Shown here: piece by piece, positions 37,241-45,818 of the stretch
Layout of the letters: each line of letters opens with the position of its first letter
How positions within the stretch are numbered: position 1 is the first letter of the stretch
Assembly: GCA_050301735.1 (NCBI GenBank)
Contig: JBNKZR010000001.1
Span: 1-60,647 of the forward strand
Reading direction: 5' to 3'
DNA length: 60,647 bases
From: Polyangiaceae bacterium
Lineage (GTDB): Bacteria > Myxococcota_A > Polyangia > Polyangiales > Polyangiaceae
Position numbers and translations under genes: made by a program
The notes under the pieces: generated by a model
Databases searched by the model: none
What the model was told of the DNA's origin: nothing
What the model saw: the letters and a program-made list of their open reading frames with translations, nothing else

Positions 37241-38458
37241 ATGGCTGAGTTCGTCTGGGAGGCGCGTACACGCGCTGGTGAAGTCAAGAGAGGCGTGATG
37301 GACGCCGACGACGAGGATGCCGTCAACAACCGCTTGCGTCAGCAGAATCTCAATCCGACCAGCGTCAAGAAGAAGAAGCGAGAGTGGAAGAGCATTCAGT
37401 TTGGCAGCGGCGTCAAGACGGAGGACCTCGTCACGTTCACCCGTCTGTTCGCAACTATGGTGGACGCTGGGCTGCCACTGGTGCAATGCCTCGACATCCT
37501 CGGTAATCAGCAGAAGAACAAGATATTCGCGGCGGTGTTGAAGGACGTCAAAGCCTCCGTGGAACAGGGTGGCTCGTTCAGCGACTCTCTCCGACGGCAC
37601 CCGAAGGTGTTCGATGAGCTGTTCGTGAACCTGGTGCAGGCAGGCGAGGCGGGCGGCATTCTCGACAGCATCATGAACCGTCTCTCCATCTACCTGGAGA
37701 AGCGGCAGAAGCTCATTCGGCAGGTGCGTGGTGCACTCTCGTATCCGACGATCGTCATGTTGGTTGGCGTTGGCGTGATGGCAGTGATGCTCACGTTCGT
37801 CATTCCTGCCTTCGAGAACATGTTCGCGGAGTTTGGTGGTGGGCCCGAAGCCTTGCCGTGGATCACACGAGTGATGGTCAAGCTCTCCCACAGCTTCGTC
37901 TCGTACCTGCCGTTCATCATATTGCTCGTGATCGCCATGGGCGCCGCGGTGAGCTACGCGTACAAGCAGCCGCGGGGAAAGTACTTCATCCACAAGACGA
38001 TGTTGCGTCTGCCCATCATGGGGGACGTACTACGCAAGATATCGGTCGCCAGGTTCACGCGTACGCTCGGCACTCTGTTGCAGTCGGGCGTTCCCATCCT
38101 CGATTCGCTCGACATTTGCGCCAGGACTGCGGGCAACGTCGTGATCGAAGAGGGTATCGTGCACGTCCGGCGCCGGATCACCGAGGGGGCGAACATCGCC
38201 GAGCCGCTGACGGAGGCGAAGGTCTTCCCCGACATGGTCGTTCAGATGATCGGCGTAGGTGAGCAGACGGGTGCGCTCGACCAGATGCTCAACAAAGTCG
38301 CCGACTTCTACGAAGAAGAAACCGACGTTGCCGTGGCGTCGCTCACCAGCATGCTCGAGCCGATCATGATGGTAGGCATCGGCGGCATGGTCGGTGTGGT
38401 GCTGGTCTCGATGTATTTGCCCATCTTCAGTTTGGCCGGCAACATCAAGGCGGACTGA
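37241..38458 (+). CDS. pilC: Type IV pilus inner-membrane platform protein PilC (GspF family)
   Basis: 405 aa. It shows the duplicated GspF-domain architecture. The N-terminus is 'MAEFVWEARTRAGEVKRGVMDADDEDAVNNRLRQQNLNPTSV'. 'FTRLFATMVDAGLPLVQCLDIL' and 'FTRTLGTLLQSGVPILDSLDI' are present, and the protein ends in 'MYLPIFSLAGNI'. Confidence 0.92.
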   Translation: MAEFVWEARTRAGEVKRGVMDADDEDAVNNRLRQQNLNPTSVKKKKREWKSIQFGSGVKTEDLVTFTRLFATMVDAGLPLVQCLDILGNQQKNKIFAAVLKDVKASVEQGGSFSDSLRRHPKVFDELFVNLVQAGEAGGILDSIMNRLSIYLEKRQKLIRQVRGALSYPTIVMLVGVGVMAVMLTFVIPAFENMFAEFGGGPEALPWITRVMVKLSHSFVSYLPFIILLVIAMGAAVSYAYKQPRGKYFIHKTMLRLPIMGDVLRKISVARFTRTLGTLLQSGVPILDSLDICARTAGNVVIEEGIVHVRRRITEGANIAEPLTEAKVFPDMVVQMIGVGEQTGALDQMLNKVADFYEEETDVAVASLTSMLEPIMMVGIGGMVGVVLVSMYLPIFSLAGNIKAD

Positions 38459-39828
38459 TGAGCGAGGACGCGCGTTCGAAGATCGCGGGATACCCGACGG
38501 TCTCGTTGCCGCGCCGTTTTGGTTGGGCGGCAGCCGCTCGCTTGGTGCTGCTCTCTGCTCTGCTCGTCGCGATTGTGGTCGTGAACGTGCGTGGGTCGCT
38601 GACGCTCGAGTCGCAGACGGTGCAATTGGCGAGCGCCACTCTGCTGCTGGCTTTCGCTCTCAGCGGCTTCTACGCGTGGTTCCTACGCCAGGGACGGCAC
38701 TTGGAGACGTTGGTCAACGTCCAGCTGGTGCTCGATCAGGCGATCTGGTCCGTGATGGTCTACCTGACGGGTGGGGCCACCAGTGGCGCTACCAGTCTGT
38801 ATGGCATCAGCTGCCTGTTTGGCGCCATCCTTTCGGGTTTTCGTGGGGCCGCGCTAGCGGCTGGTTCGGCCGCGGTCTTCTACGTCTCCCTGGTCTCTTC
38901 GCTGGAAGCAGGCTGGCTCCGTCCTCCTCCGGATCAACCCCTCGGCTCCTATCACGTCGGTACTGACGACATCGTGTACGGGAGCGTCGTCAACTTGCTC
39001 GTGCTGGTGGTGGTTGCGCTGCTGGCTGGCAATCTGACCGAGCGGTTGCGGGCCACGGGTGGGCAGTTGGTGCGTGCCGAGGCTCGTGCTGACCAAGCCG
39101 AGCGTGAGGCCGCGTTGGGGCGCCTCGCCGCGGGGCTGGCCCACGAGATACGAAACCCGTTGGGCTCCATCTCCGGCAGCGTTCGCATTCTGGCCACGAA
39201 TCCCTTGCTGGACGCAGAGGACCGACTGTTGTGCGACATCATCGATGGCGAAGCGAACCGCCTCAACGAGCTCGTCTCGGACATGCTCAATCTGGCCAAG
39301 CCTAGGAAAGCAGAGCGATCCGTGGTGGACCTGTCCGCCTGCGCCCGAGAGGTCTGTGACCTCGCTTCGCACACTGGACGCGGCGCAGAGGACGTGGACG
39401 TGCGCTGCGATGCCGAGCAAGAGCTACGTGTGCTGGCTGATCCAGGCATGCTGCGCCAAATGCTGTGGAATCTGGTGCGCAACGCCGTGCAGGCGAGCAC
39501 CCCTGGTGAAAGCATCAGCGTCAGAGCATTCACCGAAGATGGTGCCGTGCGTGTGGAGGTGGTCGACCATGGCGAAGGTATCGACGACGACTCGAAGGGT
39601 CGTCTGTTCGATGCGTTCTTCACGACGCGCTCCAAGGGTACTGGCATTGGGTTAGCGGTTGTGAAGCGCATCGTCGACGAGCACGGTTGGGATATCCTCG
39701 TTTCCGACACCGACGGCGGGGGCGCGACTTTCACGGTCGCGTGTGGCGCGCCCGCGGAGGACCCCATTGGCAGTCCCAAGAAGGATGAGAGCCGGCGGGG
39801 TTGGACGCTGTTTCCCGGACCGTCGTGA
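38458..39828 (+). CDS. pilS: PilS-like sensor histidine kinase (polytopic N-domain + HisKA + HATPase)
   Basis: 456 aa. The ATG shares one base with the pilC stop (TGATG). The multi-TM N-domain contains 'YLTGGATSGATSLYG'. The H-box is 'AAGLAHEIRNPLGSISGS' and the G-box is 'TRSKGTGIGLAVVKRIV'. The symbol is given on context and architecture only. Confidence 0.7.
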   Translation: MSEDARSKIAGYPTVSLPRRFGWAAAARLVLLSALLVAIVVVNVRGSLTLESQTVQLASATLLLAFALSGFYAWFLRQGRHLETLVNVQLVLDQAIWSVMVYLTGGATSGATSLYGISCLFGAILSGFRGAALAAGSAAVFYVSLVSSLEAGWLRPPPDQPLGSYHVGTDDIVYGSVVNLLVLVVVALLAGNLTERLRATGGQLVRAEARADQAEREAALGRLAAGLAHEIRNPLGSISGSVRILATNPLLDAEDRLLCDIIDGEANRLNELVSDMLNLAKPRKAERSVVDLSACAREVCDLASHTGRGAEDVDVRCDAEQELRVLADPGMLRQMLWNLVRNAVQASTPGESISVRAFTEDGAVRVEVVDHGEGIDDDSKGRLFDAFFTTRSKGTGIGLAVVKRIVDEHGWDILVSDTDGGGATFTVACGAPAEDPIGSPKKDESRRGWTLFPGPS

Positions 39829-39946
39829 ACCTCCTCTCGAGTCGCGGGGTTCGGCTTGATGGCCGGAGGAGTAGGCTAGCCAACGGTTCGAGTCGACGCG
39901 GCGGGGTGCGCGACGGCGCGTTGTACAGCTGCTGAACACAGCTTTC

Positions 39947-42289
39947 TTGCAGCGTGCAGGGGCTGCACTGATACGATCCGACGGCGTGTCCGTGTCCCGA
40001 CAATCGGCGTTGAACCCTCGGGGAGAGCCCCATGGCGAGGTGTCGCCAATACCGTTGCGATTGATCGCCACCCGGGGTGGTGTGGGCATCGAGTTGTATC
40101 AGCCGCAGGCCTTCGGCCCGCTCTCGCTGGTGGAGCTGTCTTGGTTATTGCCGGGGTTGTCGTTTCCGCTGGACCTGTCCGGTGGGGTTCGGGAGTTCCG
40201 GCACCGGCGCGGCGAGGTCGTGCGTGCGGTCGTCCAGCTGGAGCGCGAGGCTCTCGCGCGCTGGTTGCGCAGCCGTCTGAGTCGCACGCTGGGAGGACTC
40301 GAGGGCGAGCCCAGCGTGTGGACGGTGCCGGCAGGGCTGGCAGTGGGGGTGTGCGGCGCCGAGGGGGCGGTAGCGTTCGAGCTGTTGTGGGCTCCAGCGG
40401 GGGAGCGCGCGCGCTTCGTGATCTCCGAGCCGCGGGTTGCCGGCCGCCTCGCAGGGCCCGCCATCGCTCATGCGTTTGCCATCGTCGACAGCGCTCTCGG
40501 CAAGCTCGGGGTGCGGCGCGGGCGCATCATCGACTTGGGGCCGGTTTTGGTCACGCTCACTCGGGGCTTCCTGCCCGCGCTTGGCGTCAGAGTTCCCACC
40601 GCGACACAGGTATGGTTCTCGCCGCCGGTGGCTGAGGATGCCATCGTCAGTGTCGTGGCTGAACGCAACCCGCAACGTATGGAGCTCCAACCGGAGGCCT
40701 TGCGCGCTCTCGAGTTCGCGGAGCTGGTGGTCGCTGGGGACGAGGCACTGGTTTCTGGGGATCCCGACGCGGCGCGAGCGGAGTACATGACCGCTCTGGA
40801 AGCCGCGCCGCGGCATCCGGAGCTGTGCCGCACCATCGCGAGCATCGACAAAGACTTCGAGGAACGCTCGGAAGCTGCCTTGGGGCTACTCGTCGAGGCT
40901 TTGCCGGCGACGGCATTCGGCCTGGTGGGGGCGGAGTTGCTCAGTCGAGTAGGCGACGAGCAGGGGGCAGAAGTGGCGATTCGTCAGGCCGCTCAGCGTG
41001 AACGCTATGCCCCGCTGGCGGCGCTCTTGTGGTGTCGCTTGAGTGAGCTTTCTTCCGAGATGCCGCGCAAAGTTGCAGCTCTCGATCACGCACTGGCCGT
41101 CAGCCCAGCCTCGAAGCCGGCACGCTGGGCTCGCTTCGCGCTGCGGCTGACCCAAGGGGACCTCAACGGGGCAGTGGCGGACGCCGAGCACCTGGAAGCT
41201 GCCACGAAGGGCAGCGCAGGCAAGCATCTCGCCATCATCACGGCGGCGAAGACGATGCAGGCGCAGGGGTATGTTCACCCGGCGCGGAGACTTTTTGAAC
41301 GCGCGCTGAGGTATCTGCCCAAAGACGCCGAGGCAACGCTAGGCTTGGCGCAGTGTTTCTTGGCTGACGGTGGCGAGCGTCGTGCACTATCGCTGCTTCG
41401 ACGTGCGGCGGAGCTCACGGCGGCAGAGGGGCCCGTGTACTCGCTCATCCAGTTGGAGTTGGGCAAGCTGCTGGCGCGAAGCGGCAAGGACTTGCCCCAG
41501 GCCATCGCTCGCGTGCGGCGGGTTTCCGTGCCCGGCCCGTTGCTGGTGGAGGCGCGTGCACTCGAGGGCCGCTGGCGGGCACGCCTGGGTGACCTTTCTG
41601 GTGCGAGCATCGCTTTTGGAAAGCTCGCAGCTGCGGTCGAGATGACGGCGCGGCCTGACGAGCAATACGCCCCGCTGTTGCTGGAGGCAGCCCAGTTCTC
41701 CCGTGAGCAGGGAGATGTTCGAAGCGCGGAGCGCCAACTCTCACTAGCCCTGTCGGTGGCACCGAATCACCCGAAGGTGCTCGCAGGTTACCGAGAGGTC
41801 GCCGCGCAGTTGGCGGCAACGAAGCAGGACGCGGCAGATGACGAAGCTGTGCCGGCGACGACTCAAGCGCTCGCGGAGCCCACTGTGTTCGTTTCGGCCG
41901 CGGAGCGCGCGCCATTGGCGGAGGCCGAGGCGTCGGAACCGGAGCCCGTACAGGTGGCAGAGGACGAGTTCGAAACCGATGCGCTCGAGCTGTCGCAGCA
42001 GTTGATGGCGGGCGCGCGTCTGACCGATCACGACTTCGGACGTTTGGAGAAGGCGCTTTCGGCGCTTCACCGCGAAGCGGAGCTGCACGCGCTCTTGTGG
42101 GCACGATTCGAAGACGCGGACGATACCGTGCGAGGGGAGCTGAGGCCGCGTTTGGTGCGCGTGCTGCATCGCCTCGCCGAGCAAGCACGCTACGGCGACG
42201 CCGCTGGAGATGCCGAACTGTACGAGGCTCAGCTTCGGGACTTGGAATCCACCGCCAGCGACAGCAGTCGGCCCCCGGTCAACAAATAG
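39947..42289 (+). CDS. Large TPR-repeat protein with an unassigned N-terminal domain
   Basis: 780-aa ORF with an uncertain start (TTG 39947; several downstream GTGs). TPR-like helices run from about 'GDPDAARAEYMTALEAAPRHPEL' through 'GDVRSAERQLSLALSVAPNHPKVL'. An acidic linker and a helical C-terminus follow. Confidence 0.7.
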   Translation: MQRAGAALIRSDGVSVSRQSALNPRGEPHGEVSPIPLRLIATRGGVGIELYQPQAFGPLSLVELSWLLPGLSFPLDLSGGVREFRHRRGEVVRAVVQLEREALARWLRSRLSRTLGGLEGEPSVWTVPAGLAVGVCGAEGAVAFELLWAPAGERARFVISEPRVAGRLAGPAIAHAFAIVDSALGKLGVRRGRIIDLGPVLVTLTRGFLPALGVRVPTATQVWFSPPVAEDAIVSVVAERNPQRMELQPEALRALEFAELVVAGDEALVSGDPDAARAEYMTALEAAPRHPELCRTIASIDKDFEERSEAALGLLVEALPATAFGLVGAELLSRVGDEQGAEVAIRQAAQRERYAPLAALLWCRLSELSSEMPRKVAALDHALAVSPASKPARWARFALRLTQGDLNGAVADAEHLEAATKGSAGKHLAIITAAKTMQAQGYVHPARRLFERALRYLPKDAEATLGLAQCFLADGGERRALSLLRRAAELTAAEGPVYSLIQLELGKLLARSGKDLPQAIARVRRVSVPGPLLVEARALEGRWRARLGDLSGASIAFGKLAAAVEMTARPDEQYAPLLLEAAQFSREQGDVRSAERQLSLALSVAPNHPKVLAGYREVAAQLAATKQDAADDEAVPATTQALAEPTVFVSAAERAPLAEAEASEPEPVQVAEDEFETDALELSQQLMAGARLTDHDFGRLEKALSALHREAELHALLWARFEDADDTVRGELRPRLVRVLHRLAEQARYGDAAGDAELYEAQLRDLESTASDSSRPPVNK

Positions 42290-43665
42290 AGGAGTCCCGT
42301 CGTCGAGTCGAAGCTCATCTGGCTCTCGTCGTCCGGATCGAACGCCTGCTCATCCTCCAAAATCACCGTTGCTCGTCCAGCATCCAACGCGAGCTCGATG
42401 ACGCGCAGGGGACCGGTCGAGCCTCGCACGGTCAACCACCATCGTCGATCGCCAAAAACCGCGGCCAACAGGGGTTCTTCCAGTGTGGCGTGCACGATCG
42501 GCGAGCCCGCCCCAGCGTGGGCTACGAACTCGCCGCTCACGTCGTATGCGAGGAGCGCGGCGTCCGAAGCGAAGAGGCGCAGGTCGCTCGCTCGGTTGCT
42601 CTTGGGTGCATCGAGGAGGACACCGGTCTTCTCGTCCCTGACCACGTATCGACGCTCCCGCTGCACGACGGCATAGCGGTCGCTTCCTTCGGCGATGTCG
42701 AGCGCGTGACGATGGGAAGGCAGCGGCACGAGCTTCCTGCTGTGAGTGTCGAATCGAAAACACCCGAGGCCCCTAGAAAACAATTCCAAGCTCCCGTTGC
42801 GCGTCCACACCCGGGGAAGCTCGGAAAGCGGGTGGTCGCTCGTGTCGAGCGTCTCCTGGGTCGCCGCCTCAGCGGCGCCTTGCTGGTTCGCTTCGGCACG
42901 GACGTGGAGCCACGTCAGGCTACCCGTGCGTGACGCCGCTAGCAGTAGGGTGGCGTCCGTCGGCGATGACGACGGAACTGCCGCGAGCGCACCCGTGCGT
43001 CGCGGCAACGTAGCACGCAACTGAGGACCGTGGGGGGTCAGCAAAGCCAGGGCGTTACCCGCAAGCCACAGCTGCCCATCGGCGAGGGTCATGCACTCCC
43101 AGTCACCTTCGGCGAGCAGCGTCGCAGTCACCGAAGGCTCAGCCCGCAGTATCGTGAGGGGGACGATGGTCGTCATACCCAGAGCGAGGTGGGCATCCTG
43201 AACGTTCGCGGGCTCGTCGTCGTCGTTGTCCAAGGCTGGCAGCTCCTCGTCGAGGAGCAGTAGGTCGTCGGGACCCTCAGCTCTGTCATCGGGCGGCGTC
43301 GTTTCGTCTTCGCGTGGCACGAAGCCGATGTCGACTTCGCTACCGGGGTCGTGTGCCCCTTCCTCGTCGTTGGACGGCGCTTCGCGCGGCGTCAGATCGA
43401 AGGTGAGGGTGAGGTTTGCTTCCGTCGCCTCCGCATCGCCCGTCAGCTCCGTCGCATCGTCTCCGGCACGTGTGGGCAACAGGTCGTCCAGCCCGACCGT
43501 TCCGGCGGCAGGTTCGAAGCCGTCAGCGTCGTCCCAAGCCTCGACAGAGTCGAGTAGCTCAGATGGGTCGAGGTCTGCTGGGCCCAGCGCTTCCTCGTCA
43601 CTCGATGAGGAGGGCGACGGCTTCGGCGATGGGTGCTGTGACCGGTCGTCAGAGGGGCTTGGCAT
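42229..43665 (-). CDS. Hypothetical protein: acidic disordered N-terminus + beta-rich C-domain
   Basis: 478 aa, starting at ATG 43665. The N-terminal ~150 aa are Asp/Glu/Pro/Ser-rich. The rest has alternating beta-like segments. No family recognised. Its 3' end overlaps the TPR gene by 61 nt. Confidence 0.55.
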   Translation of the reverse strand: MPSPSDDRSQHPSPKPSPSSSSDEEALGPADLDPSELLDSVEAWDDADGFEPAAGTVGLDDLLPTRAGDDATELTGDAEATEANLTLTFDLTPREAPSNDEEGAHDPGSEVDIGFVPREDETTPPDDRAEGPDDLLLLDEELPALDNDDDEPANVQDAHLALGMTTIVPLTILRAEPSVTATLLAEGDWECMTLADGQLWLAGNALALLTPHGPQLRATLPRRTGALAAVPSSSPTDATLLLAASRTGSLTWLHVRAEANQQGAAEAATQETLDTSDHPLSELPRVWTRNGSLELFSRGLGCFRFDTHSRKLVPLPSHRHALDIAEGSDRYAVVQRERRYVVRDEKTGVLLDAPKSNRASDLRLFASDAALLAYDVSGEFVAHAGAGSPIVHATLEEPLLAAVFGDRRWWLTVRGSTGPLRVIELALDAGRATVILEDEQAFDPDDESQMSFDSTTGLLYLLTGGRLLSLAVDSKSRS

Positions 43666-43774
43666 GTTTCGTGGGGCTCGGGCGTGGGCGGCGCGGTGCG
43701 CCAGTGAATCGAGTGGAAGAATTGCCGGTACGGTGGGTGCTTTTTCCCCAGAGGAGGGCTAGGGAGAGGTTCCC

Positions 43775-44032
43775 ATGCCGGCGGTCCTACCACTGCTCGA
43801 TGATTCGATGGAAGTCAGGCGGGTGCTGATCCCCAAAGCCGACGTCGTGTTCGTGCGGGGCGTGTTCGAGGCCAGCGACGGGATAGGGTTCGTCTTCTCC
43901 GTCAAAGGCGGGGCGCTGACGATCGTGTGCTCTCCTTGTCGCGCGCGAGAATTGGACGCGCTGTTGGCCGACTTGCGGGCGGAGATCGGGTCCGCTTGGT
44001 TGGACCTACCCGCCGATGCGACCCACGAGTAA
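43775..44032 (+). CDS. Small conserved-looking hypothetical protein (possibly DUF4911-like)
   Basis: 85 aa, with a GGAGAGG SD upstream. 'VRRVLIPKADVVFVRGVFEASDGIGFVFSVKGGALTIVCSPCRARELDALLADL' resembles my memory of the ~80-aa DUF4911 family. Not verified. Confidence 0.5.
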   Translation: MPAVLPLLDDSMEVRRVLIPKADVVFVRGVFEASDGIGFVFSVKGGALTIVCSPCRARELDALLADLRAEIGSAWLDLPADATHE

Positions 44033-44240
44033 TCCCCAGCTTCGTTGTGGATCAATTGAGGATCCCATCCGCTTGCCCCTACATCTCCGCCGGTGGGTCC
44101 ACATGCCCCCTGTGGATGGGCTGTCGATGGAGGACACTGGGATCCGGTGACGCACTCGCCAGGGACACATTCGAGCGACTCTCGGTTGCTGCGGCTCGCA
44201 CCATTCAGTATCTTCGCCCTTTCGAACCGGGGTCACCGAA

Positions 44241-45140
44241 GTGAAGGGCGAAGGCAAGGTCGAACAGATGTCGGACGACGCGGGCTCGGAAGAGGTACCG
44301 GTAACCCCGAGGAACTACAGTGTGCTCGCCGCGGAGCCCGCCTCCGCCGCGACCGCGGTTTCGAAAAACCAAAACAGGGGTTCGACCGAGTACGACGTGT
44401 CTGACGAATCGGGAGTGATGGACGTCCCGGAAGTGAGGGACGTGATGCGGTCAGGCATCGACCTGAAGCCGACTGCGTCGGAACCCGACGCTGAGACGCG
44501 AGTCACGCGAGTCTGGCGCGGGTGGTTGCGGGCGCTGGCGAGGGACCCAGAGGCAGCTCTGGCGGCCGCCCAGGCGTACCAACGTCTGGATGGGGCTGCC
44601 CGGAGTGAGTGGCTGAGGGCGCTGCAGCTCGAGGTGGATTCGCTGGGCGTGCCTCCCGTGGCGTTGTACGCGCCACTGCTCGCAGTGGAGTCCGATCCCC
44701 ACCGGCGCTGCCAGATCATCGATGGCATTCGGCATCCAGCGAGCTCCGAAGAACCACCTACCGAGGTGCGAGCCTCCGTCCGTCATGCGTTCAAAGGTCA
44801 CTTACCCGGGGGAGTGGCCGTGGCCGTTCTGGTCGAGCCGCTGTATTTGGATTTCGTGCAAGTCCTCGCGTGTGCGTTCGTGCCGGGGCGGGAGTTGCTT
44901 TGGGTGCGACACGATCCCATCGCCGCGCGTGATCGCGCGCCGACGGCGGGTTCCGAGATCGAGGGTGCAGTCGTGGAAGCGACGTCGCTGCGGTCGGTCA
45001 TCGATGAGTTGGCCTCAGCAGTGGTCGCTCACCGCCGCGATCGGGGTTCGCTGCCTGAGGCGCTGTGCTCGTTCGCTCACCTCTTTGGTTTGGAGCGGCC
45101 GGAGCGTGGTCAGGAGTTTTTGGAAGCCGCTTCGCGCTAG
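44241..45140 (+). CDS. Hypothetical protein
   Basis: 299-aa ORF (GTG 44241; alternative ATG 44268 'MSDDAGSEE'). Coding-like composition. No family recognised. Confidence 0.5.
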   Translation: MKGEGKVEQMSDDAGSEEVPVTPRNYSVLAAEPASAATAVSKNQNRGSTEYDVSDESGVMDVPEVRDVMRSGIDLKPTASEPDAETRVTRVWRGWLRALARDPEAALAAAQAYQRLDGAARSEWLRALQLEVDSLGVPPVALYAPLLAVESDPHRRCQIIDGIRHPASSEEPPTEVRASVRHAFKGHLPGGVAVAVLVEPLYLDFVQVLACAFVPGRELLWVRHDPIAARDRAPTAGSEIEGAVVEATSLRSVIDELASAVVAHRRDRGSLPEALCSFAHLFGLERPERGQEFLEAASR

Positions 45141-45741
45141 CGCGCGCGCTCGCCAACGCGGGTTTGGGCTGCGCCGTGGCGTCGGGCCCTGCGCCGGATC
45201 GTGTCCTCGGTTTGCAGTAGCCTCGACGATTGCGGCACGTCTGGTCACGGCCGCCAGCGTCGTGCTCCTCGTGGCGTGCACCGCCCCGGAATCGGGCGCG
45301 ATACCTATCGAGGAACCGTCGAGGCAGCCACTCGCTTTCTCCTTCGCCGCTCCGGACGGCGAAGAGCTCGAGTCGACCCAGCTCCGCGGACGCGTCACGA
45401 TCATTCTGTTGATTGCGACCTTCGACATGGCTTCTCAGTTGTCCGCGCGGCAGGCAAACGAGCTGCTCCACACGGAAAAACCACGCATCAACGTTGGCGC
45501 GGTCGTGATGGAAGCCCCTCAGTATGCGGAGCTCAAGGCTACGTTTCAGGAAGCGTTCGAGCTTGACTATCCAGTGGTGATGGCCGACCACGCGACGCTC
45601 AACGGTCGTGGCCCATTCGGGCAGGTCGTTCACATCCCGACGATCATCGTGCTCGACCCCAGCGGCCGCGAGCGCGCGCGGCTCCTGGGCCCTGTGAGCA
45701 TGGAGCAGCTGCGCGAGGCGCTCGATTCGGCTCGGCCCTGA
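45106..45741 (+). CDS. Thioredoxin-fold (TlpA/redoxin-like) lipoprotein lacking the CXXC motif
   Basis: This is the 3' part of ORF 44722..45741. Lipobox 'VVLLVAC'. The redoxin-like layout is 'FSFAAPDGEELESTQLRGRVTIILLIATFDMASQ...YPVVMAD...IPTIIVLDPSGRE', with 'FDMAS' where WCxxC is expected. The start is uncertain: the only in-frame candidates upstream of the signal peptide are GTG 45106, TTG 45085 and ATG 45004. Confidence 0.55.
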   Translation: MVRSFWKPLRASARARQRGFGLRRGVGPCAGSCPRFAVASTIAARLVTAASVVLLVACTAPESGAIPIEEPSRQPLAFSFAAPDGEELESTQLRGRVTIILLIATFDMASQLSARQANELLHTEKPRINVGAVVMEAPQYAELKATFQEAFELDYPVVMADHATLNGRGPFGQVVHIPTIIVLDPSGRERARLLGPVSMEQLREALDSARP

Positions 45742-45818
45742 ACGATCTTGCTTCGTTCGGCCTTGCCCATGCGTGCGCCGAGTGAGCGCGGGTCCGGGCT
45801 GTGGTATGGTGCTCGCGC

